Shown: positions 1 to 7,097, numbered from the stretch's first letter. The stretch: 32,339 nt of DNA from Gammaproteobacteria bacterium (GCA_027031685.1 JALVPS010000332.1:1-32339); one strand, 5' to 3'. A program made the numbers and translations. The notes: generated by a model from the sequence alone, not told the origin.

Positions 1-475
1 CCCGCCTGACGGTCCATTGCGGCAAGCGCTGGCAGCAGCGCCATTACCAAAACGACCGTTACCGAAGGCGCTTGCTCTGTCTCAAGGACACCTTCCAACG
101 GGAATTGGAACAGGCCGCACAACGGCACGGCGACAGCAAGACCGGCCGCAGCTGCCGCAAGTTGCTGGGCGACCTTCCCCGGTTCTGGACCTTTCTCAAT
201 CACCCCGGCGTGCCGATGACCAACAACCTGGCCGAGCGGGCGCTGCGCCCCTATGTCATCTGGCGCAAGACGAGCTTTTTCAGTCAATCCCACCGCGGCG
301 ACTGCTTCCGGCCCATGATCCTGTCGGTGGTTGAAACCTGCAAGCGGCTCAGGATCGGCGTCTACCAGACCCTGCGGACCATCTGTGCCCAGGGCATGCA
401 ACAGGGAGAGGTCACCTTCCGGCTGCCAATCCCCGAAAATCAGCCCTTGACAGCGGGAAGGCCGTGAACGGTTAC
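1..475 (+). mobile_element. IS66-family insertion sequence, right-hand portion (the rest lies off the window to the left)
   Basis: It contains the 3' part of an IS66-type transposase gene. The sequence ends ...GGTTAC at 470-475, which is 5'-GTAA on the complementary strand, the terminus I recall as typical of IS66-family inverted repeats. Homology to the interrupted IS256 transposase begins exactly at 476. Confidence 0.6.
3..467 (+). CDS. IS66-family transposase, C-terminal part (5' end truncated by the window edge)
   Basis: The frame is open from the window edge to TGA 465-467. The motif ...FWTFLNHPGVPMTNNLAERALRPYVIWRKTSFFSQS... (TNNxAERxxR) is typical of the C-terminal region of IS66 transposases. 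Confidence 0.75.
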   Translation, partial: RLTVHCGKRWQQRHYQNDRYRRRLLCLKDTFQRELEQAAQRHGDSKTGRSCRKLLGDLPRFWTFLNHPGVPMTNNLAERALRPYVIWRKTSFFSQSHRGDCFRPMILSVVETCKRLRIGVYQTLRTICAQGMQQGEVTFRLPIPENQPLTAGRP

Positions 476-983
476 CCCAGCGGTCCCGGCCCACATCCCG
501 GCGGCACCACTCGGCATACTCCGCCTCCCATGCTCGCTTCAGGCGGCCGATCACCGAGGCCGACAGCCCCTTCGCCTCTTCACCCACCAGCACCTCCAGC
601 GCCGCCTGCATCTGCCCCGTGGCCACCCCCTTCAGGTACAGCCACGGCAGGGCCGCCTCCACGCGCCGCGCCTTGCGCACATACGGCGGCACCAGCGCCG
701 AGCGAAACACCACCGCCTCTCCCGTCCGGCTGCGCACCTTCGGCACCTTCACCGCCACCGGACCCACCCCCGTCAGGATCTCCCGCTCCGGCAGGTACCC
801 GTTGCGCACTACCGCCTTCCGGCCCCCTTCGTCCACTTGCCCCTCGTACCGCCCCAGCAGCTCGGCCAGCTCCGCCTCGATGGCCTGCTCGATCAGCCGC
901 CGCGCACCGCGTCGCAACAGCTCCGTCAGCGGGTCCTCAACCATCCCTGGCTTGCGAAATTCAACTACGCTATCTTTGCCCAT
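476..983 (-). pseudogene. IS256-family (mutator-type) transposase, N-terminal ~169 codons only, cut off by the IS66 insertion
   Basis: It is absent from the ORF track because the frame has no stop before the left window edge. My translation from ATG 983 downward is MGKDSVVEFRKPGMVEDPLTELLRRGARRLIEQAIEAELAELLGRYEGQVDEGGRKAVVRNGYLPEREILTGVGPVAVKVPKVRSRTGEAVVFRSALVPPYVRKARRVEAALPWLYLKGVATGQMQAALEVLVGEEAKGLSASVIGRLKRAWEAEYAEWCRRDVGRDRW. Blocks conserved in IS256 transposases are present (DPLTELLR, VVRNGYLPER, LPWLYLKG, GLSAS.I.RLK). The resemblance ends at 476, before the DDE domain. An RBS GGAGG lies upstream of the ATG. Confidence 0.75.
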
Positions 984-1180
984 GGTGGCGTACCTCCTCT
1001 GCTGTTCAATCAGTTTCGACCATCCGATTCCAGCAGGGTACGCCGCCTCTCTCAATCCCTCCGTACACCACTTTCGAGCATAGCTCGCCTGGGTCGGAAC
1101 TGCGCCGAGCAGGCCGGCGGCGCACAAGGTGGCGCCCAACCCGATTTTTACGAGGGGTTCTTTACACGGCGGTGTCTCCT
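476..1180 (-). mobile_element. IS256-family element remnant (the outer end near 1170-1180 is approximate)
   Basis: It comprises the transposase fragment plus ~190 bp of upstream non-coding DNA. A plausible terminal sequence, read on the minus strand around 1140-1177, is GACACCGCCGTGTAAAGAACCCCTCGTAAAAATCGGG. The exact inverted-repeat boundary cannot be fixed without the other end. Confidence 0.35.
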
Positions 1181-1200
1181 CGGGGGTATTGGTATGGGAA

Positions 1201-1653
1201 TTACGGCTTGATCAGGATGTAGCCCTGGCCGACGAGATCAATGATGCGCACAACGCCGGCCGAGACGCGCACGGCGACGGGATTGAGCTTGGGCGGGTGA
1301 CCTAGTTTTTTGCTCATGTTGCGGATGGTGTTGCCGCAGGCGGAAAAACGCACGCCGCCGTTGTCGATCAGGTTCTTGATGCGACCGGCATTGGCGTTGT
1401 CGGCGAACAGCAGGCGCAGGCCGGGGCCGAAGGCCACGATTTCAATATCGACCTTGTCCGGACCGTAGTGTTTGAGCAGGTTGTTGGCCACATTGAGGAC
1501 CAAGGTCTGCTTGAAGGGGTCGCGGTCCGATATCTGCAGGACCACGCGTTTTTCGGCAAAGGGCTTGGGGTGCTCGCCGGCTGTGGCGGGCAAGGTGCTG
1601 GCCAGCAGGGTGCAGACAATGAGCAGGCTCAGCCAGTTTTCCAGGCGTCGCAT
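1201..1653 (-). CDS. Secreted DsrE/DsrF-like (COG1416-type) family protein
   Basis: I start at the internal ATG 1653 of track ORF 1201..1824, which has an RBS GGAGGAGA upstream. The N-terminus MRRLENWLSLLIVCTLLASTLPATAGE is a signal peptide. The body (VVLQISD...VDIEIVAFGPGL...RFSACGNT...VVRIIDLVGQGYILIKP) resembles DsrE-like fold proteins with the conserved Cys. Confidence 0.7.
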   Translation of the reverse strand: MRRLENWLSLLIVCTLLASTLPATAGEHPKPFAEKRVVLQISDRDPFKQTLVLNVANNLLKHYGPDKVDIEIVAFGPGLRLLFADNANAGRIKNLIDNGGVRFSACGNTIRNMSKKLGHPPKLNPVAVRVSAGVVRIIDLVGQGYILIKP

Positions 1654-1854
1654 CGTCTTCTCCTCCTGATGGTGGAGCGTTGGTGGGGGGCAGCAGTGGC
1701 CGCCTTTGGGAAAGAAGACGCGCCCGCCGGAAAATTTATTCCTTTGTCGCTGTCTTGCATCCAGAACGTCGGCTGTTGCGTATTTCATCCAGGCAGGTCG
1801 CCGCGGGGCGCCTGTTCCAGGCAATCACGGCATATACCAGAGGAGAGGATCACG

Positions 1855-2130
1855 ATGAGCCCGATTCACAAGACCAGTGGGGTGGCCGCGGCCACCCTGG
1901 CCGCCGCCCTGTTGATCAGCGGCTGCGAGACCATGGCCGGCAGCGGCGGCGCCGGTAGCGACGCGGCCCAGGCCAAGGTGCACTGTTACGGCGTCAACGC
2001 CTGCAAGGGGCAGACCGCCTGTGCCACGGCCACCAACGCTTGCAAGGGCCAGAACGCCTGCAAGGGCAAGGGCTGGCTGCCCATGACCAGGGACGAGTGC
2101 GTCGCCAAGGGCGGCACGGTAGAGAGCTGA
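1855..2130 (+). CDS. bufA: Bufferin-type RiPP precursor (DUF2282-like / 6-Cys BufA-like), exported, with a lipobox
   Basis: I start at the internal ATG 1855 of track ORF 1468..2130, with an RBS AGGAGAGG at 1841-1848. The product is 91 aa: [24 protein letters not shown] (signal plus lipobox), then a Gly/Ser/Ala linker, then [45 protein letters not shown]. It lies immediately upstream of the DUF692 and DUF2063 genes. Confidence 0.8.
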   Translation: MSPIHKTSGVAAATLAAALLISGCETMAGSGGAGSDAAQAKVHCYGVNACKGQTACATATNACKGQNACKGKGWLPMTRDECVAKGGTVES

Positions 2131-2137
2131 GCCGTCG

Positions 2138-2170
2138 GGTGGTCCGGGCGGCGTGGCTGCCCGGACCACC
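2138..2170 (+). promoter_or_regulatory. Perfect 12-bp stem-loop between the precursor and the modification genes (attenuator or RNA-stabilising hairpin)
   Basis: GGTGGTCCGGGC (2138-2149), a 9-nt loop, then GCCCGGACCACC (2159-2170), followed by GTTTCCC. It starts 8 nt after the bufA stop codon. Confidence 0.55.
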
Positions 2171-2204
2171 GTTTCCCGCGGCATCCGCGGCAGGAGGGCA
2201 CGCC

Positions 2205-3050
2205 ATGACGCCTCCCCACCAGGCGCGGCCGATGCTGGGCTACGGGCTGGGCCTGCGCAAGGAGCACTACACGGACATCCTGGCCGGCGACCCGCCGGTG
2301 GACTGGTTCGAGCTGCTCACCGAGAACTATCTGGTGCCCGGCGGTAAGCCGCTCCATTTCCTGGATCGCATCAGCGAGCGCTACCCTGTGGTATTGCACG
2401 GGGTGTCGCTGTCCATCGGCGGCAGCGACCCGCTCGATTTCGACTATCTGTGTCAGGTGAAGGCCCTGGCTGCGCGATGCGGCGCGCGCTGGATCTCCGA
2501 TCATCTGTGCTGGACCGGCCTGGACGGCATCAACGCCCACGACCTGCTGCCGCTGCCCTACAGCGAGGCGGCTGTGCGCCACGTGGTGACGCGGGTGCGG
2601 CAGGTGCAGGACTTTCTGGGCCATCGCATCCTGCTGGAGAACGTCTCCACCTACCTGGAATTCGACGTGGGCGAGCTCACCGAGTGGGAATTCGTCCGCG
2701 CCGTGGCCGAGGAGGCCGACTGCCTGCTGCTGCTGGACGTGAACAATATCCACGTCAGCGCCGTCAACCACGGCTTCGACCCGCTGGCCTACCTGGACGG
2801 CATCCCCGCCGAGCGGGTGTGGCAGGTCCACCTGGCCGGCCATAGCGACTACGGCCACTACCTCATCGACACCCACGACGCGGCCATCGTGCCCGCCGTG
2901 TGGGCCCTGTACCGGGCCGCGCTGCGCCGCGTCGGGCCGGTGTCGGCCATGATCGAGCGGGACGACAACATCCCGCGGCTGGACGAGCTGCTGGCCGAGC
3001 TGGCAAGGCTGCGGGCCATCGGCGAGGCGGAGCGCGCCCGTGCCGCGTGA
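2205..3050 (+). CDS. bufB: DUF692-family multinuclear non-heme iron oxidase (MNIO; MbnB/BufB-like)
   Basis: I start at ATG 2205, with an RBS GGAGGG at 2193-2198. Blocks I associate with DUF692 TIM-barrel proteins are present: [71 protein letters not shown]. Confidence 0.9.
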   Translation: MTPPHQARPMLGYGLGLRKEHYTDILAGDPPVDWFELLTENYLVPGGKPLHFLDRISERYPVVLHGVSLSIGGSDPLDFDYLCQVKALAARCGARWISDHLCWTGLDGINAHDLLPLPYSEAAVRHVVTRVRQVQDFLGHRILLENVSTYLEFDVGELTEWEFVRAVAEEADCLLLLDVNNIHVSAVNHGFDPLAYLDGIPAERVWQVHLAGHSDYGHYLIDTHDAAIVPAVWALYRAALRRVGPVSAMIERDDNIPRLDELLAELARLRAIGEAERARAA

Positions 3051-3825
3051 GCCGGACCTGCGCGACCTGCAGGCCGCCTTCATGGCCTGGCTGCGCCACG
3101 GCGACCCGGCCGTGACCCCCTGGGTGCGGGAGACGGCCAGCGTGGACCGCGCCACCCGCCTGGCCATCTACGCCAACGCCTACCGCGCCCGGCTGGCCGA
3201 GGCCCTGGCCGACAACTACCCGGCCCTGCACACCCTGCTGGGCGACGAGCGCTTCGACGCCCTGTGCCGCCAGTACCTCGATGCCGCCCCCTCGCGCACC
3301 CGCTCCATCCGCTGGTTCGGCGACGGCCTGGCCGACTTCCTGCGGCAGGCGCCGGACTACCGCTTCCAGCCCGTGCTGGCCGAGATGGCCCGCTTCGAAT
3401 GGGCCCTGCGCGCCGCCTTCGACGCCGCCGACGACCCGCCCCTCGCCGCCGGGGACCTGCGCCGCCTGCCGCCGCCGCGGTGGCCGGAACTGGTGCTGCG
3501 CCCGGTGGCCGCCCTGGCGCGGCTTGACTTCGCCCACAACGTGCCCGCCCTGTGGCAGGCCATCGACCAGGGCGCCGACCCCATCCCCGTCGAGCGCAGC
3601 CCGTCCCCCGTGCCCTGGGTGGTGTGGCGCCACGACGGGCGCATCCTGTTCCGCTCGCTGGCGGCCGACGAGGCCGGGGCGCTGGATGCGCTGTGCGCGG
3701 GGCAGACTTTTACCGAGCTGTGCGCTGGCCTGGGCGAGGGCCGCGACGCGGCGGCCGCCGCCCAACGCGCTGCTGCGCTGCTGCTGGGCTGGGTGGGGGA
3801 GGGCATGCTGGCCGCCCTGGACTGA
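3040..3825 (+). CDS. bufC: DUF2063 domain protein (MbnC/BufC-like partner of the MNIO)
   Basis: The GTG start at 3040 overlaps the bufB stop by 11 nt, which suggests translational coupling. The N-terminal pattern LQAAFMAWL...[17 protein letters not shown]...YPAL..LLGDE.F..L.R.Y resembles the DUF2063 family. It occupies the canonical position after DUF692. Confidence 0.85.
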   Translation: MPREPDLRDLQAAFMAWLRHGDPAVTPWVRETASVDRATRLAIYANAYRARLAEALADNYPALHTLLGDERFDALCRQYLDAAPSRTRSIRWFGDGLADFLRQAPDYRFQPVLAEMARFEWALRAAFDAADDPPLAAGDLRRLPPPRWPELVLRPVAALARLDFAHNVPALWQAIDQGADPIPVERSPSPVPWVVWRHDGRILFRSLAADEAGALDALCAGQTFTELCAGLGEGRDAAAAAQRAAALLLGWVGEGMLAALD

Positions 3826-3834
3826 ACGCCCAGC

Positions 3835-3868
3835 GCGGCCGCCCGGCGGCCGGGGCCGGTCCGGCCGC
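3835..3868 (+). terminator. GC-rich compound hairpin after bufC (possible weak intrinsic terminator)
   Basis: GCGGCCG (3835-3841) pairs with CGGCCGC (3862-3868), and an inner CCGGC (3843-3847) pairs with GCCGG (3855-3859). It is followed by TCTGCTATC, which is only a poor U-tract. Confidence 0.3.
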
Positions 3869-3885
3869 TCTGCTATCATCGGCCC

Positions 3886-4440
3886 ATGCCCGACAAGCCC
3901 CGCATCAACCAGCGCCAGGCCATCGCCCGCACCCGCCTGTTCCAGGTGGAGGCGTTGGATATCACCTTCGCCAACGGCACCCGCGTCAACTACGAGCGGC
4001 TGGTCACCTCCGGCCACGGCGCGGTCATCGTCGTCCCCCTGCGCGACCCGCGCACTGCCCTGCTCATCCGCGAATACGCCGCCGGCACCGAGCGCTACGA
4101 GCTGGCCCTGCCCAAGGGGCGCATGGAGGCCGGCGAGACGCCCGAGCAGGCCGCCAACCGGGAGATGATGGAGGAGATCGGCCACGCCGCGCGCCGCCTC
4201 ACCTGCCTCACCGACGTGTCACTGGCGCCCGGCTACATGAGCCACCGCACGCACATGGTGCTGGCCGAGGACCTCTACCCGCAGCGGGCCACCGGCGACG
4301 AGCCGGAGCCCATCGAGGTAGTGCCCTGGCCGCTGGACCGCCTGCTGGAGCTGGCCCTGCGCGACGACTGCACGGAGGCGCGCAGCATCGCCGCCCTCTA
4401 TATGGCACGCGATTATCTGCAACAAAGGAACCCCGCATGA
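3886..4440 (+). CDS. nudE: ADP compounds hydrolase NudE (Nudix family)
   Basis: A Nudix box GRMEAGETPEQAANREMMEEIG is present. The end-to-end resemblance to E. coli NudE as I remember it is good (RTRLFQVE..., AVIVVP, LIREYAAGTE.YEL, GDEPEP). Confidence 0.88.
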   Translation: MPDKPRINQRQAIARTRLFQVEALDITFANGTRVNYERLVTSGHGAVIVVPLRDPRTALLIREYAAGTERYELALPKGRMEAGETPEQAANREMMEEIGHAARRLTCLTDVSLAPGYMSHRTHMVLAEDLYPQRATGDEPEPIEVVPWPLDRLLELALRDDCTEARSIAALYMARDYLQQRNPA

Positions 4441-5270
4441 CTACTGCCGACCCCGCCCGCCTGGCGGCCCTGTTGGCCGACTGCCGCGTCATCGCGCAGG
4501 CCGCCGGCGAGGAGATCATGGCCGTCTACCGTACCGCCTTCACCGTGGACCACAAGGCCGATCGCAGCCCGCTCACCGAGGCCGACCTGCGCGCCCACCG
4601 CCTCATCGCCGCCCGCCTGGCCGAGCTCACGCCGCACTGGCCGCTGCTGTCCGAGGAAGGCGCCGACCTGCCCTACGCCGAGCGTCGCCAGTGGCGCACC
4701 TACTGGCTGGTGGACCCCCTGGACGGCACGCGCGAGTTCGTCAAGCGCAACGACGAATTCACCGTCAACATCGCCCTCGTTCACGACCACGAGCCGGTGC
4801 TGGGCGTGGTGCACGCCCCGGCGCTGGGCCGCATGTGCTATGCGGCGCGCGGCGTGGGCGCCTTCCAGCGCCGCGACGGGGGCGAAGAGCAGCCCCTGGC
4901 CTGCCGCGAGCTGCCCGCCGACGAGCTGGTGGTGGCCGGCAGCCGCTCCCACGGCAAGGCCGCCCTGGCCACGTTCATGGCCCGCCTCGGCCCCCACCAG
5001 GTGATCTCCATGGGCAGCTCCCTCAAGTTCTGCCTGGTGGCCGAGGGGCGCGCCGACCTCTACCCGCGCCTCGGCCCCACCAGCGAGTGGGACACCGCCG
5101 CCGCCCAGTGCGTGGTGGAGACCGCCGGCGGCCACGTCACCGACCTGGACATGCGCCCGCTGCGCTACAACACCCGCGACTCGCTGCTCAACCCCTGCTT
5201 CTTCGCCTTCGGGCGCACCTGGCGCGACTGGTCCGCCCTGCTGCCCGAGCCGCGCCCCGACGCCTGCTGA
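4437..5270 (+). CDS. cysQ: 3'(2'),5'-bisphosphate nucleotidase CysQ
   Basis: ATG 4437 overlaps the nudE stop (ATGA). The inositol-monophosphatase-family motifs SEE, WLVDPLDGTREF and EWDTAAA are present. Confidence 0.9.
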   Translation: MTTADPARLAALLADCRVIAQAAGEEIMAVYRTAFTVDHKADRSPLTEADLRAHRLIAARLAELTPHWPLLSEEGADLPYAERRQWRTYWLVDPLDGTREFVKRNDEFTVNIALVHDHEPVLGVVHAPALGRMCYAARGVGAFQRRDGGEEQPLACRELPADELVVAGSRSHGKAALATFMARLGPHQVISMGSSLKFCLVAEGRADLYPRLGPTSEWDTAAAQCVVETAGGHVTDLDMRPLRYNTRDSLLNPCFFAFGRTWRDWSALLPEPRPDAC

Positions 5271-5300
5271 CCCCATGACCACAACGAGGAGGTCCGACCC

Positions 5301-5648
5301 ATGCGCCGACTGCTCTCTGTACTCGTCTCCCTCAGCCTGCTCTTCGGCACTGGCCTGCAGCCAGTGCGGGCGGCCCTGGTCTCCACCGAGGCCGCCCTGG
5401 CCGGCGCGCCCTTGCCGCCGCGGGTGGACGCCACCCTGCAACGGGCCGACGTGCAGGCCCGCCTGCAGCAGCTGGGCGTGAGCCCCGAGCTGGCCCGCCA
5501 GCGCATCGCCCGTCTCAGTGACGCCGAGCTGGCCCGCCTCGACCAGCTGCCCGCCGGGGCCGGCGTCATCGAGGTGGTCGGGCTGGTGTTCATTGTGCTG
5601 ATCATCCTGGAGCTGGTGGGCGTCACCGACATATTCACCCGCATCTGA
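5301..5648 (+). CDS. PA2779-like small exported protein with a C-terminal hydrophobic anchor
   Basis: An RBS GAGGAGG lies at 5286-5292. There is a signal peptide (MRRLLSVLVSLSLLFGTGLQPVRA) and a C-terminal transmembrane-like tail (VIEVVGLVFIVLIILELVGV). It is paired with the following C39-like peptidase, as in the PA2779/PA2778 families. Confidence 0.65.
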   Translation: MRRLLSVLVSLSLLFGTGLQPVRAALVSTEAALAGAPLPPRVDATLQRADVQARLQQLGVSPELARQRIARLSDAELARLDQLPAGAGVIEVVGLVFIVLIILELVGVTDIFTRI

Positions 5649-5652
5649 GCCA

Positions 5653-6582
5653 GTGGTGATGCGGCCGGCCCTGCTGCTGGCCCTGCTGCTGGCCCTGCTC
5701 CTGGCCGGCTGTGCCGGCGTCCCACCCGCGCCGGAGGGGCCAGACGTGGAGTTGGCCGCGGTGCCCTTCTTCCCCCAGCAGCGCTACCAGTGCGGCCCGG
5801 CCGCCCTGGCCACCGTGCTGCGGCACGCGGGCCGGCCGGTCACTCCCGGCGCGCTGGTGTCCGAGGTGTGGCTGCCGGAACGGCGGGGCAGCCTGCAGCT
5901 GGAGCTGGTGGCGGCCGTGCGCAGCCGCGGCCTGGTGCCCTATCGCCCGCCGCCGCGGCTGGACGCCCTGCTGGCCGAGCTGCGCGCCGGCCGGCCCGTG
6001 CTGGTGTTGCTCAACCTCGGCCTGCGCGCCGCCCCGGTCTGGCACTACGCGGTGGTGGTCGGCTATCAGACGGACCCGCCGCGCCTGATCCTGCGTTCCG
6101 GCACCACCCGGCGGCAGGCGGTGCCCCTGCGCCGCTTCCGCCGCCAATGGGGGCTGGCCGGCCGCTGGGCGCTGGTGGTGCTGCCGCCCGACCGGCTGCC
6201 GGCCGGCGACGATCCGGCCGGCTACCTGCGCGCCGTGGCCGGGCTGGAGGCCACCGGCCAGGAGACGGCCGCCGCCCGCGCCTACCGCAGCGCCCTGCGC
6301 CGCTGGCCGGACCAACCGCCCGCCTGGCTGGGGCTGGGCAATCTGGCCGCCACCGCGGGCCGGTGGGCGGAGGCCGCCGATCACTACCGGCGCGCCCTCG
6401 CCCTGCGCCCCGGCTGGCCGCCGGCCGTCAACAACCTGGCCGAGGCCGAGGCACGCCTCGGCCGGCGCGGCGCCGCCCTGCGCCTTCTGGACGCCGCCCT
6501 GGCCCGGCCCGATCTCGCCCCGCGCTGGCGGGCCGTGCTGCGCCGCACGCGGGCCGAAGTGGCCGAGCCGGCCGCGCCCTGA
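5653..6582 (+). CDS. PA2778-like lipoprotein cysteine peptidase (C39-like domain plus TPR repeats)
   Basis: There is a lipobox LLAGC. The catalytic-type motifs QQRYQCGPAALATVL and HYAVVVGY are present, and the C-terminal half has TPR-like repeats (AYRSALRRWPD..., HYRRALALRPGW...). The start could be GTG 5653 or ATG 5659. Confidence 0.72.
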   Translation: MVMRPALLLALLLALLLAGCAGVPPAPEGPDVELAAVPFFPQQRYQCGPAALATVLRHAGRPVTPGALVSEVWLPERRGSLQLELVAAVRSRGLVPYRPPPRLDALLAELRAGRPVLVLLNLGLRAAPVWHYAVVVGYQTDPPRLILRSGTTRRQAVPLRRFRRQWGLAGRWALVVLPPDRLPAGDDPAGYLRAVAGLEATGQETAAARAYRSALRRWPDQPPAWLGLGNLAATAGRWAEAADHYRRALALRPGWPPAVNNLAEAEARLGRRGAALRLLDAALARPDLAPRWRAVLRRTRAEVAEPAAP

Positions 6583-6620
6583 CGGGCTCGGGGCCGGGCC
6601 CGCGTCCGGCGCGTGGCCGC

Positions 6621-6974
6621 TCAGTCCGGGCAGAGGGTGATCTGCGCCGCGCCGCTGGCCGGGTCCAGGCTCAGCTCGATCTCGCAGGACTCGGTCAGGG
6701 TGTCCACCGGGGTGGGGTCGTCGGCGCAGCTGCAGCCGGCGATGACGCTGGTGTAGAACAGCCGGGCGCGCAGCCACAGGCGGTCGCCGCGCCGTTCGCG
6801 CCGCAGCGGCACCACCGACAGCGGCGCATCCAGGGCGTAGTTGCCGTGCCGCAGCCCGGCCTGCAGCGGCAGGGCCGGCTGGCCCAGCGCGGCCAGGCGC
6901 GCCGCCAGCACGGTGTCGAAGTCGGGGCGGTCCCAGGCGGCGACCAGTTCGGGCAGGTGCAGGGTGTCGGACAT
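6621..6974 (-). CDS. Hypothetical protein, 117 aa, four Cys (CSC...C...C)
   Basis: I start at the internal ATG 6974 of track ORF 6621..7613. The sequence downstream of this ATG is protein-like, whereas the upstream extension is Arg/Gly/His-rich. It is divergent from the PCuAC gene. Confidence 0.5.
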   Translation of the reverse strand: MSDTLHLPELVAAWDRPDFDTVLAARLAALGQPALPLQAGLRHGNYALDAPLSVVPLRRERRGDRLWLRARLFYTSVIAGCSCADDPTPVDTLTESCEIELSLDPASGAAQITLCPD

Positions 6975-7097
6975 GGCGGGGCAGGTCAGGGGGCTCCCGC
7001 CGATTGTAGCGTCTGCCGCGCCTTGCGATTGGGCAAACCGGGGCCCCTGGCGTGGTGCTACACTGCCCATTCCCTTGCAGACATTGAGGAGTTTTCC

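Noticed and set aside
464-1222. The 252-aa plus-strand ORF (with overlapping ORFs 619..1083 and 837..1211) is extremely rich in Pro, Ala and Ser.
   Set aside because: It is a low-complexity translation lying antisense to a clearly recognisable IS256-type transposase N-terminus. This is a typical high-GC shadow ORF.
1468-1854. The track extends the bufA frame upstream by 129 codons (ORF 1468..2130).
   Set aside because: The extension overlaps the DsrE-like gene on the other strand and has no protein-like features. A good RBS precedes the internal ATG at 1855, which begins a canonical signal peptide.
2863-4185. These are long antisense or out-of-frame ORFs across the window: 1986..3167, 2863..4185, 4413..5441, 5635..7152, 11487..12977, 14434..15786, 18556..20625, 25075..26955 and 27355..28377.
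   Set aside because: All of them overlap confidently recognised genes on the other strand or in another frame. Their translations are dominated by Arg, Ala, Gly and Pro, as expected from absent stop codons in roughly two-thirds-GC DNA.
7059-7064. The motif TGCTACACT occurs upstream of both the PCuAC gene (7056-7064, plus strand) and the BPSS1780-like gene (16402-16410, minus strand). It looks like an extended -10 element.
   Set aside because: Two occurrences of a 9-mer with no convincing -35 elements could be coincidence. I did not call them as promoters.
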